A stretch of DNA of 64,000 nt from Acidobacteriota bacterium (GTDB lineage Bacteria; Acidobacteriota; UBA6911; RPQK01; JADFOI01), in NCBI GenBank assembly GCA_022562935.1, contig JADFOI010000002.1:10527-74526 (forward strand), in the 5' to 3' direction. Below are positions 18,322 through 26,564 of the stretch, piece after piece (position 1 is the stretch's first letter; the number at the start of each line of letters is the position of its first letter). The notes beneath the pieces are model-generated. The model was not told the DNA's origin. It made no database searches and saw only the letters and a program-made list of their open reading frames with translations. Both the position numbers and the translations under genes were made by a program.

Positions 18322-19353
18322 TCAAAACTGGCGCAGAAAACGGATGTCGTTTTCAAAAAACAAGCGAGAATCATCCACCTGATACTTCAGTTGGGCAATG
18401 CGATCGATCCCCATACCCCAGGCAAAACCCGTGTATTTGTCCCAATCGTAACCCACCATCTCGAAGACTCGGGAATGAACCATCCCGGCCCCCATAATCT
18501 CAATCCAACCACTACTCTTGCAGACTCGGCAACCTTTCCCAGAGCAGAAGATGCAGCTAATATCCACTTCTGCTCCGGGCTCGACAAAGGGAAAGTAACT
18601 GGGTCGAAAGCGCACCTGAGTGTCAGCCGAGAACAACTCTTTAAGAAAGACCTCCAACGTCCCTTTCAAGTCAGCCAAGGTGATCCCTTCATCAACCACC
18701 AGCCCTTCCATCTGGTGAAACATCGGACTGTGGGTGGCATCGGTTGCATCGCGCCTGTAAACCCGCCCAGGGACAACGATTTTCAAAGGTGGGTCCTGCT
18801 TTTCCATGGTTCGGATCTGTACCGGAGAGGTATGGGTTCGAAGCAGTAAACTATCGGAAAGATAGAGCGTATCCTGATCGTCTCGAGCGGGATGCCCCTT
18901 GGGAATATTCAGTGCCTCGAAATTGTAATAGTCCGATTCGATTTCAGGACCGGACACAACGGTAAAGCCCATCCGGACGGAGATCTCCTCCATCTGCCGC
19001 CAAACACGCCGCAGCGGGTGAATTCCTCCACGCGCAGCCTCATATCCAGGTAAGGTGACATCGATTCGCTCCGTGGCCAGTTGCAAGCGGCGTTCTTCTT
19101 CCTTGAACTTGGCCTGTCGCTCAGACAGCGCCGCCTGCACCTGGGCCTTCAACTCATTGAGTTGCTGACCTGCCTCGGATCGTTCTTGAGGAGTCAAAGC
19201 ACCGAGTTTCCTGAGTTCCAGGCTGATCAGCCCTCTTTTTCGACTGAGGTACTTGTCCTGGAGATCAGAGAGCTCGCCTGAACCAGAAACGGGCTCCAGG
19301 TCTTGACAAAACTCGTCCCACAAAGGATGAACTCTGTCTGGGGAGGATTTCAT
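18322..19353 (-). CDS. pheS: Phenylalanine--tRNA ligase alpha subunit
   Basis: 343 aa with class II motifs (HPARDDQDTLY, TSPVQIRTM, FRPSYFPFVEPGAEVD, GAGMVHSRV, AWGMGIDRIA). Confidence 0.95.
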   Translation of the reverse strand: MKSSPDRVHPLWDEFCQDLEPVSGSGELSDLQDKYLSRKRGLISLELRKLGALTPQERSEAGQQLNELKAQVQAALSERQAKFKEEERRLQLATERIDVTLPGYEAARGGIHPLRRVWRQMEEISVRMGFTVVSGPEIESDYYNFEALNIPKGHPARDDQDTLYLSDSLLLRTHTSPVQIRTMEKQDPPLKIVVPGRVYRRDATDATHSPMFHQMEGLVVDEGITLADLKGTLEVFLKELFSADTQVRFRPSYFPFVEPGAEVDISCIFCSGKGCRVCKSSGWIEIMGAGMVHSRVFEMVGYDWDKYTGFAWGMGIDRIAQLKYQVDDSRLFFENDIRFLRQF

Positions 19354-19361
19354 GGCCCTCG

Positions 19362-19748
19362 TTAATCCGCTTCAAGGGGGGGAGGAGAATGGAGGGCGAC
19401 CGCCTCTTGCGCCGTCCGCACAATTTCCTCGAAGGCCTTCTGATCACGCACCGCCAAGTCCGCAAGCACCTTTCGGTTGAGACTCATACCCGCCTTATTG
19501 AGACCGTGGATCAATCGACTGTAAGAGCAGCCATGTTGTCGAGCTGCGGCTGCGATACGAATAATCCAAAGCCTGCGAAACTGTCTCTTCTTCTGTCGTC
19601 GGTCCCGGTAGGCATAGGCGAGCGACCTTAGGACCTGCTGTTTGGCAGCCTTATGCAGCTTGCTCTTGGTTCCCCAATAGCCCTTGGCCTGCCTCAGAAT
19701 TTTCTTCCGGCGTAGAAGCCGTTTATTTCCACGTCTTACTCGACTCAT
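19362..19748 (-). CDS. rplT: 50S ribosomal protein L20
   Basis: 128 aa starting [31 protein letters not shown]...[17 protein letters not shown]. Confidence 0.95.
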   Translation of the reverse strand: MSRVRRGNKRLLRRKKILRQAKGYWGTKSKLHKAAKQQVLRSLAYAYRDRRQKKRQFRRLWIIRIAAAARQHGCSYSRLIHGLNKAGMSLNRKVLADLAVRDQKAFEEIVRTAQEAVALHSPPPLEAD

Positions 19749-19758
19749 AATCCCAAGT

Positions 19759-19953
19759 CTATCTCAGTTTGAGCATCATTTGGACACGCTTTTCATCACT
19801 CTTACTGACTATCGCCCATTTCCTCATATTTCTCTTTCGCTTGGGCGTTTTCTTGGTCAGAATATGACTGTGATGGCTGCGTCGCCTCTTTATTTTCCCT
19901 GATCCGGTCACCTTAAAACGCTTGGCTGCCGCCCTTTTCGTCCTTAACTTCAT
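19759..19953 (-). CDS. rpmI: 50S ribosomal protein L35
   Basis: 64 aa starting [41 protein letters not shown]. Confidence 0.95.
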   Translation of the reverse strand: MKLRTKRAAAKRFKVTGSGKIKRRRSHHSHILTKKTPKRKRNMRKWAIVSKSDEKRVQMMLKLR

Positions 19954-20095
19954 AATAGCAATTCGTATCTTACACTAAAGGGCCCTGCTCGTTACACCAA
20001 AAGTGGCGTCCCATCAATAGGGTTGCGTTTGTGGCGAGCGCGACGGCATCGAGTTCGCGAAGCAACGACGACGCGATGTCAATGTGCATCGAGGC

Positions 20096-20167
20096 GGAGT
20101 TCGCTCCTTGACCTCCCCTCGCAAGCCCCATCAGCAAACGTCATCATATTTATGGAGCGAGACACTA
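20096..20167 (-). repeat. Stop-codon-adjacent hairpin repeat, copy 2 (infC-rpmI spacer)
   Basis: GCAAGCCCCATCAGCAAACGTCATCATATTTATGGAGCGAGACACT is identical to copy 1 at 43/46 positions. The left arm GAGTTCGCTCC pairs with GGAGCGAGACACT. The element ends 3 nt from the infC TAG stop. Confidence 0.7.
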
Positions 20168-20170
20168 GTC

Positions 20171-20686
20171 CTAAGACCTCGATTTCTTGGGACTCAAAAT
20201 CATCGTCATGGTGTGCCCTTCCAGCTTGGGCGCTCTTTCCACAACCGCAAGATCGTTGAGCGCATTGAGTAAACGTCGCAAAATCTCTTCCCCGATTTCA
20301 GCGTGGGTCACTTCTCTGCCTCGAAACATCACCGTAGCCTTAACCTTGTTTTCTTCCTTCAGAAAGCGGACACAGTGATTCTTCTTGAATTCAAAATCAT
20401 GATCGTCGATTTTGGGCCGAAACTTGACTTCCTTGACCTGAACCATCTTCTGGTGCTTCTTGGCCTCTTGGGCCCTCTTGCTCTGCTCATAGCGGTATTT
20501 GCCGTAATCCATGATCCGGCAGACCGGTGGCTTGGCCCCGGGTGCAACTTCAACAAGATCCAGTCCTTGCTCGTCCGCCAGTTGAAGCGCCTGACCGGGC
20601 TTCATGATTCCTAACTGCTCTCCATCTGCGTCAATGATTCGGAGTTCAGTGGCTCTGATCTGATGATTGATGCGAGTTCTATTAAT
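20171..20686 (-). CDS. infC: Translation initiation factor IF-3, ATT (AUU) start
   Basis: The ORF track starts at the internal M (20605). The frame stays open upstream and reads INRTRINHQIRATELRIIDADGEQLGIMKPGQA..., the canonical IF-3 N-terminus. The ATT at 20686..20684 is preceded by GGAGGAAGGAC and overlaps the thrS stop (GGACATTAATAGA). An AUU start is the classic infC autoregulatory feature. Confidence 0.9.
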   Translation of the reverse strand: MNRTRINHQIRATELRIIDADGEQLGIMKPGQALQLADEQGLDLVEVAPGAKPPVCRIMDYGKYRYEQSKRAQEAKKHQKMVQVKEVKFRPKIDDHDFEFKKNHCVRFLKEENKVKATVMFRGREVTHAEIGEEILRRLLNALNDLAVVERAPKLEGHTMTMILSPKKSRS

Positions 20687-22496
20687 GTCCTTCCTCCACT
20701 ACTTTCTGATCCACAAGATCATAAATCAGGGTGGCAAGCTCCTCAACTTTCATGGATCCCTGCTCACCCTGGAAACGATTGCGCACCGCAACGGTTTGGC
20801 TTTCCGCCTCACGCTCTCCCACAATCAGCATGTAGGGGACTTTCTGCAGCTGGGCTTCCCGGATCTTGTATCCTACCTTCTCATTCCTGAGGTCCGTTTC
20901 CACCCGGATGGGCCCTCTCTCGGCCTCTCTAAGCGCTTTTTGGACCTCAAGCGCGTAGTGGTGACTCTTTTCGCTGATCGGAATAATGAGGGCTTGAACC
21001 GGGGCCAGCCAAAGCGGAAAAGCCCCCCCATAATGCTCAATGAGAACTCCCATGAAACGCTCCAGAGATCCCAGTAAAGCTCGATGGATCATGACCACAT
21101 GGTGGTCCTTGGAATCTGTTCCCACATAGGTCAAGTTGAAACGCTCGGGCAGGCTAAAATCAAATTGAAAGGTGCTAAGCTGCCAGGAACGGCCCAGCGT
21201 ATCAACCAAAGTCACATCGATCTTAGGACCGTAAAAAGCGGCTTCTCCTTCGCATCGCTCATAGGACCATCCCTTGCGTTCCAGTGCTTGAACCAACACG
21301 GATTCGGCATTCTTCCAGTCCTCGGGACTGCCTGCATAGTCTTTGCCAGCAGCGGGATCCCAAACGGATAAGGCCACTTCCAAACGGTCAAAGCCAAAGC
21401 TTTTCAAAACGTGTTCAGCCAAATCAAGAGTCTGGGTCACCTCGTCCAGGACCTGGTCCGGACGACAGAAGATGTGGGCGTCATCCTGGGTAAAACCACG
21501 TACCCGCAACAACCCGTGAAGAGTTCCTGATTTTTCTTTCCGATAGACCGTGCCGAACTCGGCAATCCGCACAGGCAACTCCCGATAACTTCGTTTGCTG
21601 GACTGGTAAATAAGAATATGGCCCGGGCAGTTCATCGGCTTGAGCACGTACTCTTCCTCATCGAGAGGCAAGGTGAACATGTTCTCCCGAAAGTACTCAT
21701 AATGCCCCGAGGTCTTCCACAGGTCACTCTTGGCAATATGAGGTGTGTAAACGAACTGATATCCTCGTTTCTCCAGCTCCAGGCGCAGAAACCCTTCGAT
21801 CAGCTCTCGGACCTTCGCTCCTTTGGGGTGCCAGAGAATCAAGCCGGGAGCAACTCGATCGGCAACACTAAAAAGGTTCAATTGTTTCCCCAGTCGACGA
21901 TGGTCACGCTTGAGAGCCTCCTCTAAATGATCCAGGTAATCTCGAAGCTCCGCTTCCTGGGGAAAAGCGGTCCCGTAGATGCGTTGCAGTTGTTCACGCT
22001 TTTCATCCCCTCGCCAATAGGATCCGGCAATGGACAACAGCTTGAACGCACCCAGTTGGGAGGTTGAGAAAACATGAGGCCCGGTGCAAAAATCAACCAA
22101 CTCTCCCAACTTGTAACAAGAGAGAATCTCTCCGTCTCGCTCCTCGATCAGTTCGGTCTTGAGATGTTCTCCTTCCTTCTTAAAGAACTTCAGCGCCTTC
22201 TTCTTGCTGACTATGGAAGGCTCAAAAGGTAGATCCTGACTCCTGAGTTCCTGCATCTTCTTTTCGATGGTTTCCAGATCTTCTTCGGTCAATCGGCGAG
22301 GAGTCTGAAAGTCGTAGTAAAACCCTTCGCTGGTAGCAGGTCCAATTCCTAAATGCACCTCAGGGTACAGCTGGGTTACGGCCAACGCCATTAGATGAGA
22401 TGTGGAATGGCGCAGGATTTGCAGAGCCTCCTCGGAATCCGTCACCTCCACAACCTCCCCATCTCTGTGGATGGTCCTAAACCTTAGCTCCGACAC
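20682..22496 (-). CDS. thrS: Threonine--tRNA ligase (N-terminal TGS domain largely absent)
   Basis: 604 aa with the editing-domain motif RHSTSHLMALA at residue ~29 (about residue 70 in E. coli-type enzymes). A class II core (RVRGFTQDDAHIF, FYGPKID) and the anticodon-binding C-terminus are present. Confidence 0.95.
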   Translation of the reverse strand: MSELRFRTIHRDGEVVEVTDSEEALQILRHSTSHLMALAVTQLYPEVHLGIGPATSEGFYYDFQTPRRLTEEDLETIEKKMQELRSQDLPFEPSIVSKKKALKFFKKEGEHLKTELIEERDGEILSCYKLGELVDFCTGPHVFSTSQLGAFKLLSIAGSYWRGDEKREQLQRIYGTAFPQEAELRDYLDHLEEALKRDHRRLGKQLNLFSVADRVAPGLILWHPKGAKVRELIEGFLRLELEKRGYQFVYTPHIAKSDLWKTSGHYEYFRENMFTLPLDEEEYVLKPMNCPGHILIYQSSKRSYRELPVRIAEFGTVYRKEKSGTLHGLLRVRGFTQDDAHIFCRPDQVLDEVTQTLDLAEHVLKSFGFDRLEVALSVWDPAAGKDYAGSPEDWKNAESVLVQALERKGWSYERCEGEAAFYGPKIDVTLVDTLGRSWQLSTFQFDFSLPERFNLTYVGTDSKDHHVVMIHRALLGSLERFMGVLIEHYGGAFPLWLAPVQALIIPISEKSHHYALEVQKALREAERGPIRVETDLRNEKVGYKIREAQLQKVPYMLIVGEREAESQTVAVRNRFQGEQGSMKVEELATLIYDLVDQKVVEEGH

Positions 22497-22542
22497 CTTA
22501 ACCTTAACTCCGACACCTTGCCTCTATTATCTAAAATAAAAA

Positions 22543-22617
22543 TGGTAGGTGCGAGCGGATTTGAACCGCTGACCCCTTCCGTGTCAGGGAAGTGCTCTCC
22601 CCCTGAGCTACGCACCT
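22543..22617 (-). tRNA. tRNA-Val (anticodon GAC), CCA encoded
   Basis: The reverse complement folds as a cloverleaf: acceptor AGGTGCG/CGCACCT, D arm GCTC-AGGGGGA-GAGC, anticodon stem CTTCC/GGAAG with loop CTGACAC (GAC), T arm AGCGG-TTCAAAT-CCGCT, then A-CCA. Length is 75 nt, ending 46 nt upstream of the thrS start. Confidence 0.9.
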
Positions 22618-22635
22618 ATCGGACTGTTGCCAAAA

Positions 22636-22698
22636 CCCACAACAGACAACTCACAAGGGACAAACACTTCTCCAGTCCCTGGCTCGTTGTCTGTTGGG
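22636..22698. repeat. Inverted heptamer-array hairpin
   Basis: CCCACAACAGACAAC (22636..22650) pairs with GTTGTCTGTTGGG (22686..22698). Both arms have 7-nt periodicity (..CCACAAC AGACAAC TCACAAG GGACAAA..). The word ACAACAGACAA recurs at 31414.. and, inverted, at 62879... Confidence 0.55.
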
Positions 22699-22946
22699 TG
22701 TTGTCGAGTTCTAGTGTCTCCCGCCATAAAGCTGCGCGCTATATCGTCCCGAGCGCTGCACATCCTGCGGCCCCTCTCCAGAAGGCGACAGCCTCCCGGA
22801 AGGTAGACCGAAGGTTTGAGAGCCCCTTCGCTTGCGCCCAACGTCACCCGTCGGTTGCCTGTTCCCGATAGGAACTCTCCTCATCCCTTGACCCAGGAAA
22901 CCATCACCCTCAGCGATACAACGCCACTCGATGTATGGGGACACTA

Positions 22947-23216
22947 TTAAATCGCTGCTTTGAGAGCCTTGCCGGCCGAAAATTTCGCGACTCTCTTGGC
23001 CGGAATATTGATGGGTTGTCCAGTCTGGGGATTACGTCCCACCCGAGCGGCTCGGGTAGACGCTGAGAACGTCCCGAAACCCACGATGGTTACTTTATCT
23101 CCACTTTTGAGAGACCTTTGAACGTTCTTCACAAAGGCATCCAATGCAGCCTGTGCCTGGGTCTTCGTGATGGCGGCGTCTCTCGAAATGGCTTCAACTA
23201 ACTGACCTTTGTTCAT
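22947..23216 (-). CDS. hup: HU-family DNA-binding protein
   Basis: 89 aa: MNKGQLVEAIS...GDKVTIVGFGTFSASTRAARVGRNPQTGQPINIPAKRVAKFSAGKALK. Confidence 0.95.
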   Translation of the reverse strand: MNKGQLVEAISRDAAITKTQAQAALDAFVKNVQRSLKSGDKVTIVGFGTFSASTRAARVGRNPQTGQPINIPAKRVAKFSAGKALKAAI

Positions 23217-23339
23217 CTCTCCTCCTTGTGATTTACTGTTGCTTTAGGTTAGTTGATGGGCAAGTGAATTCATATTGCCCTTTGTCTCGGGTTTCATAAA
23301 TACAGCAACCTTTGCAGAAGGGGCTAGCGAGACACTCAG

Positions 23340-23435
23340 CCCGGATCATGAATGAATTCTCTACTACATCGACGAAATCACCCGTCCTGCCTGCGTTCTC
23401 GGCGCTTCGCGACGAGCACCTTTGCATAAACCGGG
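23340..23435. repeat. Inverted-repeat-bounded intergenic repeat, short copy D
   Basis: CCCGGATCATGAATGAATTCTCTACTACATCGACGAAATCACCCG...GGCGCTTCGCGACGAGCACCTTTGCATAAACCGGG. Both ends and the subterminal blocks (TCTACT.CATCG.CGAAAT; CTTCG.GACGA) align with copies B and C. The right end abuts the TAG stop (23436..23438) of the S41 gene. Confidence 0.65.
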
Positions 23436-24695
23436 CTAGGCAGCCTCTCTCAACAACCGCCTACGGACTTGCTTGAGTCCCTCCTCAAATTGCAGCGCTT
23501 GAATTGCGGCGCTGAGGTCCTGGTAAAACTTATCTCGCAAAGCAGTTTCGCCCTCATCAGAGGTATTGTCAAAATAAAATTTCGTCACAAAGTCCTGATC
23601 GGGAGATCTCACCTCCGGAGCAATCCCCGAATCGTTCAGTTTTCTGCTCTGAATGGGTGCCCCTGTGGAACGATAAAAAAGCCCCGTCAAAATTTCCAGG
23701 ACGGAACCATCCTCGAGATAAATCAGGTCCTGAACTGAACCCTGACCATCGGTCCTTTCTCCCACCGTCCCAGCGATGTCATGATCCTTCAGAGCGGCAA
23801 CAAAAACTTCCGCTGCGCCGCTACTGCCCCGGTCCATCAATAAAACTACTCGAATACCGGAGACAAGCGGTTCCGTCAAGGAAACAAATTCCGTCTTTTT
23901 GCCATCTCGACCGCTCACCGTCAAAATTTTCTTGCCCTTGGGAAGAAACAAATCACTGATCTCGACTGCCTCTTCAAAGGCCCCCAGGGCCGTTCCTCTC
24001 ACATCCACCAACAGACCTCTCATACCGGAAGAAAGCAACATCTTCAGTTTTGCTGAGACGAGTTGGGCAACGCCCTCTTCAAAGTGCGGGATCGACAAAA
24101 ATCCAATCCCCTCTTCCACGATACGGGCGGAAACCTCGGGCAGCGGCATGTTTTCACGAACCAGATCAACCTGTGAAGGGGCACTTCGACGGGCCCGAAT
24201 CACGCGGAGATGGACGTAACTCTCCTCGGTGCCCAGCAACAACATGCGGGCCTCCCACAGACTCATTTGACTGGTCATCTCACCATCTATGGACTCGAGA
24301 AGATCGCCTGTACGCAAGCCTCTTTGCTGTGCGGGACTGCCTGAAACAACAGAGACGACATAGGCATACCCATATCGTTTGGAGAGTATGATGCCGGGTG
24401 AGGCCGTCAGCTCACCCTTGGACCGCTGAATCTCTTGATAGGTTTCCCGATCGATGAAACTCGAATAGGGATCCAGGGCCTCCATCATTCCCTGTAACCC
24501 CCCTTGCATTGCTTTCTCCATATCAGGTTCCTCAACGTAATCCTCTTGGACTTTGCTGAGAACATCGGTGAAAATTTTTAGATCTTGATAGGCGTTGTCT
24601 TTTGCTGAAACTCTGTTCAGCATTCCACCCACTAAGCCATAAACCACGAAGAGCGCGGAAAAGAAGATGATTATAATTTTGGCTTTTCGAAACAT
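23436..24695 (-). CDS. S41 (C-terminal processing peptidase) family homologue with PDZ domain; catalytic Ser/Lys not conserved
   Basis: 419 aa with an N-terminal TM/signal, a PDZ domain (GSPAQQRGLRTGDLLESIDGE) and an S41 core (VVLLMDRGSSGAAEVFVAALKDH...VGERTDGQGSVQ). The family motifs GSASASE and TFGKGxVQ read GSSGAAE and TDGQGSVQ here. Confidence 0.8.
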   Translation of the reverse strand: MFRKAKIIIIFFSALFVVYGLVGGMLNRVSAKDNAYQDLKIFTDVLSKVQEDYVEEPDMEKAMQGGLQGMMEALDPYSSFIDRETYQEIQRSKGELTASPGIILSKRYGYAYVVSVVSGSPAQQRGLRTGDLLESIDGEMTSQMSLWEARMLLLGTEESYVHLRVIRARRSAPSQVDLVRENMPLPEVSARIVEEGIGFLSIPHFEEGVAQLVSAKLKMLLSSGMRGLLVDVRGTALGAFEEAVEISDLFLPKGKKILTVSGRDGKKTEFVSLTEPLVSGIRVVLLMDRGSSGAAEVFVAALKDHDIAGTVGERTDGQGSVQDLIYLEDGSVLEILTGLFYRSTGAPIQSRKLNDSGIAPEVRSPDQDFVTKFYFDNTSDEGETALRDKFYQDLSAAIQALQFEEGLKQVRRRLLREAA

Positions 24696-24802
24696 CCATT
24701 TCCTCTAAACAACCGGGGCTCAACCGCGATATGATACTAGCTTAGGAACTTTGCGAAAATAATGCAAGAAAATGCGGTAGATTATGAGTGTAGGCGATTT
24801 CC

Positions 24803-25216
24803 ATGAGGCGATGGATGGCCTTGGATGTGGGCTCCAAGACAATCGGAATCGCCATCACGGATCCCTTGAAAGTTACGGTCCGGCCTCTGAAGACTCTGAT
24901 GAGAGAAAACTTGGATACAGATGCTGAGCGAATCGGCGAGCTCATTGAGGAGCAGGACATTGAACGACTTGTTGTGGGAATGCCCAGGCATCTGGGAGGT
25001 GAGAGAAGTAGCATCGCTGACCTCATCGAACCTCTGGTGAAGCGGTTGGAACAGAACCTTGAAATTCCCATAGCATCAGCAGAAGAGCGCTTATCGACCA
25101 AGGAAGCAGAAAGACTTATGGGGGAAGCGGCCTTGCCTCTAGCCGAACGGAGAAAAAGAAGGAATGAATTTGCAGCAGCTGTCATTCTCGAGTGGTATTT
25201 AGAGGAGGGCCGATGA
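24803..25216 (+). CDS. ruvX: Holliday-junction-resolvase-like putative pre-16S rRNA nuclease YqgF/RuvX
   Basis: 137 aa starting MRRWMALDVGSKTIGIAITDPL...ERLVVGMPRHLGGE... Confidence 0.88.
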   Translation: MRRWMALDVGSKTIGIAITDPLKVTVRPLKTLMRENLDTDAERIGELIEEQDIERLVVGMPRHLGGERSSIADLIEPLVKRLEQNLEIPIASAEERLSTKEAERLMGEAALPLAERRKRRNEFAAAVILEWYLEEGR

Positions 25217-26235
25217 TCCACAAAGTCAGGGACGCAAAAAATCTGATTCTCCTGGGAGTGCTGGCAGGATTGCTCACCTGCTCCTTCTTGATCGTGCTGA
25301 TGGTCCAGATTTATCAGCCTTACAAAGGCTATGAGGAATCTCACCAGCTGATTGTGATTCAACGGGGTTCTAGGGTTCCTCAGATTGCCCGGACTCTTGA
25401 ATCTCATGGTATCGTCCGCTCTTCCTGGCTCTTTGAATGGTATGGCCGCTTGTCCCATCGGCCCTTGGTACTGCAGGCTGGAGAATACCGATTTGAGGGA
25501 CCCGTCAATCTTCCCACAGTCACAGAGAAACTACGCACCGGCCTGGTTCACCATTACCGTGTGACCATTCCGGAGGGTCTGATCATGGATGAAATTGCCG
25601 AGCGATTTGTGGCCCAGGGATTCGGAACCAGAGAGAAATTTCTTGAGGCCATGAAGGGTACTGCCCTAATCAACGACTGGGATTCTGTGGCCAGGGACAA
25701 CCTGGAAGGATATCTTTTCCCAGACACCTACTTCGTGACTCGGGATATGAGCGAACAACAGATGGTTGAAGCCATGGTGGCCAACTTCCAGAAGGTGTGG
25801 ACTCCGGAGCGCCGGAAGAGAGCGGAAGAATTGGCTTTGACGACAAGAGAGACGATTACCCTGGCCTCTTTGATTGAAAAGGAAACCGCTCTTTCCAGCG
25901 AGCGGACTCTGGTCTCGGCAGTCTTCCACAACCGGCTCCGGAGAAACCTCAAACTCGCCTGTGATCCAACCGTCATCTATGCTATTAGGCTGGTGAAAGA
26001 ATACGATGGAGTCATCAACCAGAGCGACCTGGAGCTGGACTCTCCTTACAACACCTATCTCTACCCCGGATTACCCCCCGGTCCGATCGCCAACCCGGGA
26101 CTTGAATCCATTGATGCCGCCCTTTATCCGGCAAAAGCAGACTACCTTTATTTCGTCTCCACAAACGACGGGAGGCACCTCTTCTCGACCAGCTATCGGG
26201 ATCACACCCGGGCTGTCGCTCAGTATCAACGTTAG
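25213..26235 (+). CDS. mltG: Endolytic murein transglycosylase MltG (YceG-like)
   Basis: N-terminal TM, then ...YRVTIPEGL...LASLIEKET...ERTLVSAVFHNRLRRNLKLACDPTVIY...YNTYLYPGLPPGPIANPG. The start is taken at the ATG 25213, which overlaps the ruvX TGA as ATGA. The ORF-track start 25192 is less likely. Confidence 0.88.
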   Translation: MIHKVRDAKNLILLGVLAGLLTCSFLIVLMVQIYQPYKGYEESHQLIVIQRGSRVPQIARTLESHGIVRSSWLFEWYGRLSHRPLVLQAGEYRFEGPVNLPTVTEKLRTGLVHHYRVTIPEGLIMDEIAERFVAQGFGTREKFLEAMKGTALINDWDSVARDNLEGYLFPDTYFVTRDMSEQQMVEAMVANFQKVWTPERRKRAEELALTTRETITLASLIEKETALSSERTLVSAVFHNRLRRNLKLACDPTVIYAIRLVKEYDGVINQSDLELDSPYNTYLYPGLPPGPIANPGLESIDAALYPAKADYLYFVSTNDGRHLFSTSYRDHTRAVAQYQR

Positions 26236-26298
26236 CTGGCGGTTAGAGGATTCATCAATGAGAATTCCATACAGAACGGGAATGTTCTAAAATTATAA

Positions 26299-26564
26299 CC
26301 GGGAGTTTTCATAGCTTCTTGTCACGAAGGGAGGTAGGGGCGAGCCGTTGGCTTGCCACGAGTGGCTCGCCACGAGTGGCTCGCCCGAACAGTTAGGATG
26401 GCAAAACCGAAGCCACACTGGTAAAGATGTGCCACTCATGCGGTTCGGGTCAGCCACCGGCTGCCCCCTACGGGTAGGTTGAGGAGGCCGGGGGCACCCG
26501 CTTGCGGGTCGCGCAGTCAGGAAGGATGGGTTCACTGCCCCAGTAGAGAATGTATGAATCATCC
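26299..26564. repeat. Inverted-repeat-bounded intergenic repeat, copy A
   Basis: The left end is CCGGGAGTTTTCATAGCTTCTTGTCACGAAGG and the right end is CAGTAGAGAATGTATGAATCATCC (compare copy B: CAGTAGAGAATTTATGAATAATCCCGG). It has an internal tandem GCCACGAGTGGCTC x2. A 26-nt block at 26488..26513 is identical, in reverse complement, to 52364..52389 in copy C. Confidence 0.7.

Noticed and set aside
17230-18849. 539-aa plus-strand ORF, the longest unexplained ORF in the track
   Set aside because: It lies entirely antisense to pheT/pheS, whose products have unmistakable synthetase motifs. Its own translation is low-complexity (rich in R, G, P, H, Q) with no recognisable motif. This is a typical shadow ORF in GC-rich DNA.
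23233-23427. 64-aa minus-strand ORF between the S41 gene and hup
   Set aside because: It overlaps repeat copy D and the hup promoter region. It has no ribosome-binding site or motif.
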